Positions 48,801 to 61,226 of a stretch of 64,000 nucleotides of DNA are shown here, piece after piece. The notes beneath the pieces were generated by a model. The model saw nothing but the letters and a program-made list of their open reading frames with translations, was not told the DNA's origin and made no database searches. Position 1 is the stretch's first letter. Every line of letters begins with the position of its first letter. The position numbers were made by a program, and so were the translations under genes. Source of the stretch: Convolutriloba macropyga (Eukaryota); assembly GCF_964194025.1 (NCBI RefSeq), contig NC_134470.1:38502001-38566000 (forward strand), written 5' to 3'.

Positions 48801-51800
48801 TAACTTATGGATGGAAAAGATCTTTGTTTTCCAATCGAGGCATAACTTAGAGTTTTTTTTTATTACCGTTTAAGGTTAGTTTATTTAGTGGCTGTTAAGG
48901 CTTTAATAATAATTTTTTGATTTTTTTACCAGTAACCGATTTTTAACTTATTTTCGTGAACTGTGAGTCAGCCTCAGTAATGACAGGCTCCCTCATTTCT
49001 ACTGCATTCGGACTTAGTGTGGTTACCGGTTTCATCTTCTAACTATTGGTTTGATGACTTGTCATAAAGACATGTCGATGTCATGAGTTTTCATAATTTT
49101 TACAAAATTTTTTTTTGGATATTTTTTTTGTAATTTTGGTTCCTTTTGAAATCTTATTACATTTTTATAATTTTGAGTGTTCCCACTGGCTCAGTGAAGA
49201 CATTAATAGAATCATAGATACAGTTTTCAGAGAATAGCTTATTGATTAAATGGCTTCGACACTTTCTTCTGGCTTTTTTCTACTGATGTTTGGTTTTTGC
49301 CTGTATTTGTTATTAATTTCATAGCCAAAGGACTTATTCTGATGTCCTATTGATGGCTGTTGAACAAAAAACAGCATTCTCTTTCCATCGAGGCATAACG
49401 TAGCGCATTTATTGACTTCCGTTGATTGCTATTGTTAATGGCGTAGATACCACGGGTTTTCTCAAAATTTTCGTTTTTTTTTAAATGATTGTTCATATTT
49501 GTTGTTTTTTTGAAGTCTTTTAGTTAAAAAAAGAATACTGTTGCTGTTAAAAATTATTTGAAAAAAGAAATGTTTGTACTGAAATTTTTTTTATGGCTTT
49601 GACACTTTTCTCTCATTTTTTTTATTTTGCTGTCTTTGCTGTTTTTTCATTCTTTGTGTAATCGTAAATTGCTGCGAGTTCTCATAAGCTTCTATGTGAG
49701 GATCGAATGAATGATATTACTCTATGCAGTCAGTTCAAAGCGAAAGGTCTTAAAGTTTGTGATATAAATCGTTTTCAATTTTGTTTTGTTTCATTTTTTG
49801 TTCTTTTCGTCAACTTTTGTCAATTATTTTCATCATTGAGAGGTCGTCAACCAATTCCTTGTAATTCGAAAGTTAAACGTTTTATTTATTTTATGTTGTA
49901 ACTGTTGTTTTATTTGAGGGACAATTTCTTAATTTTTTCTGCATCTTTAGTCCGTTTCCATGGCTCTGTCTAACTAAAGACAGGTGCTATCAGTTTCCTA
50001 ATGACTTTTTTTGTAAATTTATCGAGAATTATTTTGTTAAAAGCTAATGATTCTTAAAACGTTTGAAATTATTTGGTTTAAAAAATGTTGATAGATTTTG
50101 AATTTCGACTCATTATTTTTTCTTTGGACTTATTTTTTCTTTGGACCTAGTTTTCTCTTTGGACCTTATTTTTTCTTTGGACCTAGTCTCAATAAGGAAA
50201 GGCCCCAACTGCTGTATAGTTGGGATAAAAGGAATTTTGTGCAGTTAAGGTTTTATCTGATTGTATTTGGACGTTGTTTTACGTTTGGAGGTGCTTTTAC
50301 ATTTAATTTTTGTATTTTTTGCCGTTAATTCGTTTAGTTTTGCTTATTTTGTTTAAAACTCAAATAACTATTTTTGTTTATCTCTTTATTTGGTTGACAA
50401 TTAAGTCAAAAATGTAGATCAGCTCGGGTCGGAACATCATCTGCGAACGCACATCAACGATCCTCCTTGTTTTTCTGCTAATTAAAATCGATTCTTATTC
50501 ATTTGTTACAGTTATTCATTTGTGACTTTTTCAGCCTTTGCAATGTCCTAGCTGTTGTAGTCAATTGATACCTAGAGATACTTGCGCTACCATTTTGTTT
50601 ATAGATTTGGTCCGTTTTCTCTCATTGACAAAAAAGTACTTAATAAAAAATCTGTTTTTTTGTGACCAAAAGATGTTCTTATTACTGTCTATTTATGCTA
50701 ATTTATAGTCGCGCTGCGCTCATTCTCAGCCGCCTAATATTGAGCTCCTAATTTTCTCTCTTTTTCGCATGCATTCTCTCATTAAGAAACAGGAGTATGC
50801 AAAACTACGAAATGAAATGAAGATTTTATGGGAATCAATTGTGGCTATTTTGGGCAATCTGCCAGGTAAGTATTTAATTGCAGTCGCAGAACCAAAAATA
50901 CAGGAACAATTCAATCAATTATTGTTGACTATTGTTTCCAAACAAGCGCTTTTTTGCTCGCATTTTTTGTTACATTTGCAACAGTCGAGCTGTAAAAAAA
51001 TGATCGAATCACCCATATAATGATTCTGCTCTTTATTGGTTCTATTCGGAGAAGTACATAAAATTTTGAAAGAAAATCGAAAAGCAATTTTTGCGAAAGT
51101 CATAAATTCCGCAATTAATAAGTCAATTTAACTTAATAGACAGTGAGTTGATCTTTTTTGACGCCAAGTTAGTATAGAAGTCCAATAGTGATTTTATGAA
51201 GACAGGGGGGAGGGGTTGTTTGGTTGGTTAACGTCTTACTTTAAAGCCGTATAAAAGTAAGGCTTTTTTGATGAAACCAATCTGTGTTTGTGGTTCTCTA
51301 CTACTAAGCGTGCACAACCATTTTCAGTTGATGAGATATAAGCTTCATGAGATGTGACATATGACATTTGCCAATATGACAAAAGTATGAAGTGAAATTT
51401 TCTGAATTACATAATGCAAATGTAACTAACAACACTTGGGGTATTGATGTTGTTGTTTCATCATATTGTTGGGATTTACTGAATTGAACTGTTTAGGTAA
51501 ACACAATCCCGTCTGCAAATTGCTACATGATTACTACTGTGCTTGTGCATTACGAGAAGACGCCTACAGTGAGTTGAAGCTGCAACAATTCAACGGTCTC
51601 TACAGAGGCAAAATTTGGAACCTAATCGATTCGGGAAGGTATGATACTAGGGAGGATTTCACGGTGGTTGTTCAACCTGTGCTTCAGTACACAACAGTTC
51701 CCTTTATCAACAACAATACACAACCTGATCTTTCCTACTTTGCTCCAGATTGCTTCCACTTGAGTGAAAAGGGACATAACTACGTCGGAGAGGGTTTGTG

Positions 51801-51918
51801 GAATAACATGTTCCAAAAATATGGCCATAAACAAATGCAATGGAGCTTGGGCAAATTGATCGAATGTCCTTCAGAAGAGGAGCCCTACATTTGGACAAGG
51901 CTTAACAGCTTTGAATAA
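45835..51918 (+). CDS. PLB1: Phospholipase B1-like secreted GDSL/SGNH lipase, single domain, ~416 aa
   Basis: Exons 45835-45907 (proposed; G|gttagt), 46041-46796 (G|gtaagt) and 51497-51918, all phase 1. Motifs [60 protein letters not shown], LWNNM; hydrophobic N-terminus ...FTLYVLSLTVANA. Confidence 0.92.
48330..49405. repeat. Diverged ~560-bp tandem duplication inside an intronic Helentron-like element
   Basis: gctgttaag...gaactgt.agtcag..tcagtaat.acagg ... atcgaggcataac at ~48333-48847 and ~48891-49399. Confidence 0.7.
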
Positions 51919-52039
51919 CTGGAATCGGTTTCCAAGGTGTATATCTCATTCCTTCTAATCGGATGTTGTCTTCAGTAGAAAATATCTTAGGTTTTTGTTA
52001 GTGCTTGGAACCCTTCTCGGTGCATATTCAACTCATTTT

Positions 52040-53330
52040 TTAATAGCCGCAAAGCGATAGCTGGCGCTATTATTGGCCTTCTCTTGGTCTTGAATATTGA
52101 AAGAGTTTGAACTGTATTGGAGCGTTGTCTTTTTATGGAGCGCTGTCTTTTTATTTTTTATTACGATTCGATTTTTATTACGTTGCTTATTTGAGAGAGC
52201 CAGAATTTAAGTTGTGAAAAAATTTTCATAGTGAGCGAAATTTTGATCACGTGCGGTTTTTTCAAAGCGGTTTTTTGTTGGTTTTAACCTCAACTTTTTA
52301 AGTGAAAGGTGTTTCTCCCAGTTATCTAAAGTGATAATAGTTCGTTGGACTCGTTTTCGATTGAAGCGAATATTACATTTTTATTGTCAATTTTCAGCTA
52401 TTTTTAGACCATTTTGATTGTTTTAAGCTTCTGCAATTTGTGTATTTTTCTTAAATTTTTGATAGTGCTCGGGGAGTTATCGGGTTTAAATGAGTTGTTC
52501 TACGACGTTTGGTTGTCCCTCAATTTGATCAATTTTTATTTCAATTTTTTTCAAGACAATTGGGTAAGTTTGATTGTTTTTGCCAATTTCCGTCTGTTTT
52601 TTATAGTGTTTTGCCTATTTCTTCTATTTTGATGTTTCTCGCCGTTAATTTTATTGATCAATTTTTAATTGTGCATTTTCAACTCATTCTTTAATAGCCG
52701 CAAAGCGATAGCTGGAGCTATTAGTGGCCTTCTCTTGGTCTTGACTATTGAAAGAATTTGAATTGTATTTGGGTGTTGTCTTTTTATTTTAACTACGACT
52801 CGTATTGGGGCCCTGTCTTTTTATTTTTTTACGATTCGATTTTTATTACGTCGCTTATTTGAGAGAAGCAGAAATTAAGATGTGAAGAAATTTTTCACTA
52901 AGTGAGCGAAATTTTAATGGCGTGCGGTTTTTCAAAGCGGCTTTTTTGGTTTTAACTCTAACTTTTTAAGTGAAAGGTGTTTCTCTCAGTTATCTAAAGG
53001 GTAATAGTTTGTTTGGAGGCGCTTTTGATTATAGCGAATATTACACTTGTAATGTCAATTTTCAGCTATTTTAAATTATTTTTGCTTGTATTAAGCTTCT
53101 GCAATTTTATGTATTTTTCTTCAATTTTTGATAGCACTCGGGGAGTTATCGGGTTTAAGTGAGTTGTTCTACGAGTTTTTGTTGTCCCTCACTTTGATCG
53201 ATTATATTTTCAATTATTTTTTGCAAGAAAATTGGGTTGCAAGTTTTTGTTGTTTTTTTTACCTTTTGCCTATTTCTTCTTCTTTGATGGCTCTCGCTGT
53301 TAATTTTATCGGAACAAACCTTAATTAAGA
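52040..53330 (+). repeat. Tandem duplication of a ~650-bp non-autonomous element head
   Basis: ttaatagccgcaaagcgatagctgg.gctatta.tggccttctcttggtcttga at 52040 and 52691; bodies are colinear. Confidence 0.9.
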
Positions 53331-53972
53331 GCAATTCTATGGGCGTTGCTTCTTTGAAGTGACACTTGTAACATTGACATATTCCTTTGTTTTGAAATAA
53401 ATTATACAAATACCATTTTTTCAGGTTTTTTCTTTTTGGTTTCTTAAATTGTTAAGTTCTTCCTGCAAATTATTGGGTGGTGGACTAATCTAGCGAAAGA
53501 TGTAATTACACTTTTTCTCCGAATAATTGCAGGGAAGTTTTTTTTATCGTTTTGTGGGGAATTTTGTTTAAATTTTTGAGAGAATTTTTTTTAATGATTT
53601 TGTCCTTCGTCATCCAATTTTCCATTTCTCAGTTTGTTTCTCAATGAACTATTTAAATTGGTAATTTAATTGCGAACTACCTGTGTTACAAGGTCATAAT
53701 CCAACTTTTTTGAGAGTGGTATCTTCAATTGAATTTTATCAGATCCCTTATTAATTGCTCTCGAACGAAGTTCTTAGCAATTATTGTAAACGTGTTGGTC
53801 GTTTTTAAGCAAATTTTTTGCTTGACCGTTTTTGTGTTTTTCTTCTAGAACAATCTTTGACTTCTCAAGTGACTTTTCACGCTTTTTTTCTTTATTTCTG
53901 AGTGGTCTCTAATGCTCCCACTCCGATGTAAAGCTTGTTGCTAAAATAAAAACGATTGCAGCTTAACAAGTA

Positions 53973-54135
53973 GGGCCTGATAGCCAAGTGGGCAGTGCTT
54001 CTGGTGATGGATCGGGAGGGCCATGGTTCAAATCCCGGCGTGGTCAACTGTTTTTGCACCCATAAAGAAAAAATTTATCTAGGCTACAGCCCGTGGATTA
54101 AATTGTATCGCCTGTCGTTGGAGAGCAATTCTTCC
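53973..54135 (+). mobile_element. tRNA-derived SINE; degenerate relatives at ~3670-3720, ~12070-12165 and ~20050-20110
   Basis: A box TAGCCAAGTGG and B box GGTTCAAATCC, but no clean cloverleaf. The tail attaaatt...cgc.tgtcg.t.gagagcaattc is shared with other loci. Confidence 0.75.
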
Positions 54136-57100
54136 GACATTATTCGGTTTCAGTTCAGTTGTTGTCATTTAATTTTCGCATCAGAATATTTCTGTTATTT
54201 TTTCAAAATGTTCAGTATAATCAAGGCGATAGAAGATGCGTGAGGTCAGTGCGGTTGTTCAGGTTTTCACTTCGTTTCCAGAATTCTTCCGGCTTTTTAA
54301 GATTGTTCACACATTTTCATGATTTTTAAGTGTAATTGAATTGATGATTTTGTTCACGCCGAACCAGGAAGTGAAGCAAGTGGTTCAATGTGAACACTTT
54401 ATTTTGAAAGTACAGTGAAAATACTGTATTTGAATAAAAATTTTCTCTCTGTTTGTTTTTTGTTCACATCGCATTCTGACCTTGATTTGTACTGTTGCAT
54501 GGTCCATTCTACTCCTGGTTTTTTGTTTGGTCAATCAAAATGCTATGAATTGCATGTCAAGACTTTTCCGGCTATGTTTTTACATTCGAAAGTAATTGGA
54601 CTGCATTGGTGCACTCTTTCAAGATTTGTTCACACTTTTCACTTTTTCGGCCATTGCACGCCAGTGAGAAGTCCAATATATTTTTTCAACTTCAGAAAAT
54701 GTTATTTGAACGAATTTTCGGTTTTGAAGATGAATTTTCCTTTATATGCCGCAGTTCAACTTCTACCTTCAGTCTTTCTTTTTGTTCAGTGATAGAAATA
54801 TGGTACATTATGTATATGTATCCTAATTGTGCCCGTTCACATTTGATTGAACTCATTAACGGGTAGCTGATGCTTTTGAGACTGTTTGTTGTCATAAAAT
54901 ATTAGTGATTTTTTTATTACTTTCAGTTGTCTTATCACTTAGTATTGCTAATGACAGGTTTCATTGGTTGCTAAGGAAGCATAAATGAATCGGATTAATG
55001 ATTTGATCGCATGACTTGTGGTTTTCTTGACTTTGATACTTTTGTTCTCTAGAATTTTGAGTTTCGCGAGTTTTTGTTTTATTTTTTGTCTCGGCATTTA
55101 ATATGATAAGGGACTGGTCGAATAGATTGCTCAATGTGATTATTCCAATCAGTTGTTTTCTTTCAGTTAAAAGCTAATGGTTTCTTTTTCTTCGGAACTT
55201 ATTGTTTTAAGAATATTTATCTAATTTTTGTTTTACGCTAGCTTTTGTTCAATTTGTCTTCTTTTTTACCGGTCTCCTCTGTTGCTGACGATGCTTTAAT
55301 TTTATTAACCAAAATAATCCTTTCAGTTCGTAGCTGTTGATTTCTATGACTTATACGCTTGTTTTGAAAAAAATATTGATTTTTTGAGTTTCGCTAGTAT
55401 TTTTTGTACTTATTGCGGTCTTTTAATCTTTTTGATGCCAGGTCGCATTGGTTGCTAAGATTTTAGTTAATTGAAATAGCTGTTTCAGTCAGTAGCTATA
55501 GCGTTTTGTGACGTGTACACAACTTGTTTTCAAAGGTTTAAATCGGTTTTTTTGTTTTGCAAAATTTGGTTGTATTGTGTTATCTTGTAATTTCATTAAT
55601 TGCAGATTTCTTCGTTGCTAATGAGTAATAGGAGAATCTAATTATTCGCCCGAGTTCATAGCTCTCATATTTATGATTTGATACTTTCTGTTCAAAAACA
55701 AAACATCTTAATATAATAGTTTTTTTGGCCTTTAGTGCAGCGTAGTTATGGTTGTTCCCTTGTTTTAAGCTATTTTTTGTTGTCTGAGATACTGTTTGTT
55801 TTCCATGTTTTTTAACTGAGTTTGTGGACCGTTTTTAACTGAGTTTGCGGATCTTGACTTTGATTGCTACTCTCTTGTTCCTTCTCAGCCATAAGGACTG
55901 CTAAAAAGTATGCGTTTTGTGATATACAATGGTTAATGATTTTTGATTTTCGCATGTATTTATGAGGATCATTTACTGTAAGTCATTGACTTCCAAAAAT
56001 ATTCCGATTTTAGCCAGTTTCTCTATTTTTTGTATTTTGCTTTATTTTTCATTGATTCCCACAAGATGTATTGTGTACACCTTCTGAGGGTGCGTAGTGT
56101 CGATTTTTATATTCTTGTTATTATCGGTTATTCTTAAAATATTAGCTATTGGAAATAAAAAGTTTTCCATTTTTTGTACATTTATGCGCATATAAGTTCA
56201 TTCTTTGTCGACTATCTTAGTTTGATGCTGCTCCGAAAGAGGTAGCTTTCAGCTCATCAGTTAATTTTTTTCTTTTGATTGTTTTTCAGTTGTTGCCCTG
56301 CTATGTTTTGTGGCGAGCTTATGACGTCAACAGCACTTAGAATCTTTTGTTCAATCATTCATGCTGTTCTATCCGAATTGCATAAGTGAAAATTTTTTTC
56401 TTGCTTAATGGAGCGAGTTTTTTTTGCGTGATTTAATTTTTTGGTCTGGCGTGGCTCACCTCACTCTCAAACGTTACTTCCTCACTTTCGAAATCACTTA
56501 CCTCACTATAATTCAATGAAATAAGTTTAACTAATTAGGTGTCGCTCTGAAGGTTTTTTTGAGAGCAGCCAATAGGAGCATCAATAAGCTATACAGTTTC
56601 TTAATCAAAAATTATCGCGGCTAATTTCTAGCAATTTAACTTGACGCTATTTGTTTTCATGAAGCTTGAGTGATTTTTGTATCCCCAGTTTTTGCAGTTT
56701 TTTTCAATGTTCCTCTACTGGGTATAATTATAGGTCTCGTTGGCTCTCTTTTGAGGCAAATTGAAAATGATTTTTCTTATTCGAATTGAAATGAACGGTT
56801 TCATTGGCTTTGACGCTACTTGATTTCGAAAAAAATGTTAACATTTTTGGGATTTTTCCATCTTGTATGGCCTATTTGATTGTTCTGTGACTTAGTTTTT
56901 GCCGCTCTAATTGGCAATTCTATTAGTCAATTTTTGATAATTTTATTTTTTTGTTGTCCTGTCGCTATCTCAATAAAAACATCTCTCATTTGATTTAAAA
57001 TGAGGCAAAATTAGTTTCATTTTTGCCTGTATTTGTTGCTGCGTTTATTAAGTGTTCCAGGAATAGTTTTCATTAAATTTCAGACATGCATTCTTTTGAT

Positions 57101-59065
57101 GGATAGTTTTTTTTTGTGTGGTGCAATTATTTTGATGTCACATAATTTTAATGAAAAAATTGTTCATAAAAATCAGTATTTGCCATGTGTAGTTGGTGTT
57201 GTTTTTTTACTTTTGCTCAGTGGTATTCTTCAAAGTTGGTGTTTGCTGTGTTAACTCCCCTTTTGTAAAAGATATTGAGGTTGGTGTCGTTTTACATAGT
57301 AACATCGGAAACCCCTTTTTTCTAAATAAAATTGTTTTAGCCTTCTGAAGTGTTGTTTATTTTCATGCACGCCCTGGTTAATTATTTGCTTACTATTATT
57401 TGGTGATATTTTAGGGAGGCTCATAATGTTGAGTTTTTGGTCACACGTGACTTACCCCACTCTCAAAAATGACCTTCCTGGCTTTCAAATTGATCTTTCT
57501 TTACTAATATCAGGGAGATAAGGTCAAATATATGCGTGTCACTCAATTTGAAGGTTATTTGAGAGCAGCTAATAGCAGCAATAAGTTATGCAGATTCTTA
57601 ATCAAAATATAATATCCCTGAATTTGACAAAAAGAAATTTTTCTTTTTCGGTCTGTTTTTTTAATCTTTATGAGGTGAAGATCAACAAAGCTGTCGCGGC
57701 TATTTTCTGGCAATCTGTCAGTTATGTTATTCAATACATTCGGAAGCGAAAGCGAAAGCTCTGTGTTTTTAAATTATTTTAGTAGATCTGAAATGAAACC
57801 TTTGATCGGGGCTTTCATTCGCCCAATGAGTATTTGTGTTGCTAACAATCGATTTTGTTAAAGCCACAGCCCAGTATCAGTTGAGCCTGGAGATGTCGAT
57901 TACACGATTCCCTCCTTCGTTGCATGCAGAATTGTGCGGTTCCGTCAATTTTTGTTTCTGATTGTTTCGATCACAACTGAAATGGCATGAGATTCTTTAT
58001 AGTTCATGACGCTTTCTCTCAGACCACTAAATATAGAGCTTTTGTTCTGTGTTTGAAGGAACTGATCCATGCTTCAAATGAATGACGTTTTTTATGTGTT
58101 GTGGCCTATTTGCGATGGAATTTTGCAATGATCACTCTTTTCAATTTTTGTGTTTTTTCCGCCAATAGCTAAATGAAGAGTATCGGTGTTTCCACTCTCC
58201 AATTACAATCTTTATTGATACTTGTTGCGGCCCCACTTAAGAGAGGGGGGAAACTATTAGCCCAGCTGTGTTTTTTGCTCAGTCAATTTTGGACGATCGA
58301 TATATTTATCAAAGAGTGTTGTGAGAGGTTTCACCAAAAATCCCGTTAAGCGTAGAATATTTTTGTTTTTCGTCTTGTCGGGTGAGTTTTAAAATTTTCG
58401 TGAAGATCGATGATTTTCATTATTTTTGCTCACTTGTTTGAAATTTTTTTTTCAAATATTGTTTTATTTTGCTAAAAGAAGTTAAAATATGCTGAATGAT
58501 GTCATTCCATTTATGTTTTGCTTTTGACAAAGGGTTGCTGATCATTTTGGTTTCAATATGTTTGGAAAATTTAAGGTGATGTTTTGATAATTAACCTTTT
58601 TTTCTTCGTAAAAACTGGCGACAAATCAGATATTTGAGATAAGCTGCGGATACCTCTCTAGAGAACTGCTCTATAACCTTCATAAAGTACACCTACTAGT
58701 TGAAAATTCGACTATCTAGCAAAGGGGTTTGGAACTTCCCTTTGTGCCGGTTTTTTGCTAATTTAAAACTGTGTTCTTTGTGAAATAATTTTTGGTGTAA
58801 TTTGAAATATTTTTTCTCCCATTATGGAAATGTTTTGAAGAATTTTGCGTTTAACCACCAGAAAATGACAACGAAGCAATTCCTGGTCTCATTTTAATTT
58901 TTGTCTGCTACTATCTGAAAGATAGTATTGTGCACTTTTTTTAAAGATGTGTCACACTTTTTTTTTCAACATGGGAGACAAGTTTCAAGCATGACCTTTT
59001 GTCAGCAATTGATGTTTGCGAAAATTTTTTATTTAAACTGAGAAATTTTTCACAGGCTGCTTTTT

Positions 59066-59067
<2 letters not shown>

Positions 59068-59119
<52 letters not shown>

Positions 59120-59136
59120 CTCGCTCTCGCTCTCTC
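59068..59136. repeat. (CT)n/(CTCTCG)n microsatellite at the truncated left end of the Polinton remnant
   Basis: Read directly from the sequence. Confidence 0.95.
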
Positions 59137-60519
59137 AACAAAGAAAAAGATGAATTTCTATCACGATCGAAAAATTGATATGTTAAAGCTTGGGTGTACA
59201 CTACCAAGTTTAGTAAATATCTTTCTTCATAAATCGACTGATAGAAAATTTTTCCCTTTCATCGAAGCTGACAAAGACTTGCATGAAAAAATACAAAGTG
59301 AAATGACTGGTGGTCCATCAATAGTGTTTAAGAGGAAAGCTGTTGTAGACAAAACGGTCATCCGGAGGTATGCAATATCTGTCAAGCAATAGTTGGAATA
59401 GATGCTAGCCATTTGTATCCTTTCTTTCTCCATGTGCCAAGCGATGCCAACTGGACTCTATACTAGTTGGGAGTTTGATACCAATCTTCAAAAGTTCAAA
59501 GCTCGTCAAGACAAAATCAGAAAGTTTGAGAACATGGTTATTTATTTCTATCAAGCAACCAGACCCGAATGTACTATTGAGAGTAGTTTCTGTACAACTG
59601 GAAAAAAGAAAAAAGTGATTTTTATAGTGCATGGCTTTTGTGGTCATTGCCAAACAATTTTTGAAGCCCTTGGATGCTACTACTATCTCTGTGCCTCTAG
59701 GAAAACTCAACCAAATCTTAGTGTGGATGAATTTGAGTTTGGTATCCGGAAACGTGAATCTGATAAGTTACGAAAGCTTTACCTGGAAAAAAATTGATTT
59801 AAATTTATAGAGATGAGAGAGTGTGAATGGTGGGATCATGCTCCGGAGAACTCCATGCTGAAGAACCGCGTTAGAGAAATTTCACCTACAAGTAGCATTT
59901 GAGCAGTGAGACGCTGTTGACGCGGATACACGAAGATAATTTTTTTGGTAATGTACAACGCGATTTAGTTCCTGAAGAGCTTCGTGAACGATTTGTAAAC
60001 TTTCCTCCAATTTTCAAAAACTGATGTTGGACGACAGCATATGGTGAAATTCATGCTGGAATATGCTGAGAAAAACGCGGTATTGTTAAAACAACAACGA
60101 ATGTTGATTTCGAGCTGCAAATTAAACAATGGAATAGTCATAACACCTTTATTAAAGTTTTATGTGACGCTGGGTCTACGTTGTACCAAAATCCACAGAT
60201 TCATTGAGTATACCCCACAAAAATGTTTCAACGAGTTTGTGCAATCTGTCGTTGATGCATGACGGGAAGGTGGTGAGAATCCGGACTCTAGCGTTGTTGC
60301 TGAAACTAGAAATTACTTGGGAACAGTTTGTATGGATATCAGATTATGGATCGCTGTCGGCACGCAGAAACTCTTTATCTTAACTATGAAAAGACGCATG
60401 AAGCTATTAATAACCGTCTTTTTAGAAGATTGAACGTTTCGACAGATATATATCTTTTATCTGGCACTGGCACTGGCTCATGAAAATCTCTACGAGTGCA
60501 TTAAACCAGAAATGAGGAG

Positions 60520-60577
<58 letters not shown>

Positions 60578-61226
60578 GAGGTTGAGCTTGTGAAAAGCAT
60601 TGTTGAGCATTGTGAACCAATAATTGTTGGTTTCTTTATCTTGACAGTATGCAAAACTGAATGCTGGAGCTCTACTGCAACTTCTTTGACAAGTTCTGTG
60701 ATGTTCAGAAATTCGATGAGCTTGAAATGGACCCTGATTCTTTTTATCTGGCACTGGCTCATGAAAATCTCTACGAGTGCATTAAACCAGAAATGAGGAG
60801 TATTTGGAATGAGATGAGAAGTAATGACTGTACAGTTTTTTTTCATGCTAATAGTGCAGGTAAATTTTTTCCAAGATTTTGCTGCGATAAACATAGAACA
60901 TGACAAGTGTGAGCCTGGATTATTCAAGGAGTTCCGATGTACTGAAATGCTATGTTTATGTAGCAAAATGTATTGTTGCTATAATTTAGTAACGAACAAA
61001 ACTAAGTTCAGCAGCAAAGGACTCAACAAGAGTTCTGGAAGAAATCAGTGATGGACCTTTACAGAAACACAGACGAGTCCTGGTTGATACAGTGAGTAAA
61101 GCCTCAACTAACAGAGGATTCAAAACCAAAATCTTACCTATGAGCAAACTAAAAAAGGACTCGTTTTTCTATCCAAAACGAATTGTGAATGCAGACGGAA
61201 TTCACACGACATCTTTGATGATCTAA
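59137..61226 (+). pseudogene. Protein-primed family B DNA polymerase (Polinton type), frameshifted
   Basis: KLGCTLPSL, MTGGPSIVF, IVGIDAS/SMCQAMPTG, FPPIFKN, KLLGNSLYGYQIMDR, EPIIVGFFIL, ELEMDPDSFY (DTDS motif), PGLFKE, LCSKMYC, KFSSKGLNK, YPKRIVNADGIHT; AATAAA at 61300. Confidence 0.92.
60520..60577. repeat. (AT)n microsatellite inside pPolB
   Basis: Read directly from the sequence. Confidence 0.95.

Noticed and set aside
34858-51918. Functional or duplication link between the transposon SGNH gene and the host PLB1-like gene
   Set aside because: They share only generic SGNH blocks and differ in size, signal peptide and introns; the proximity looks coincidental.
53973-54046. Functional tRNA gene
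   Set aside because: A and B boxes are present, but acceptor and anticodon stems pair poorly and the downstream tail is shared with other loci, so a SINE fits better.
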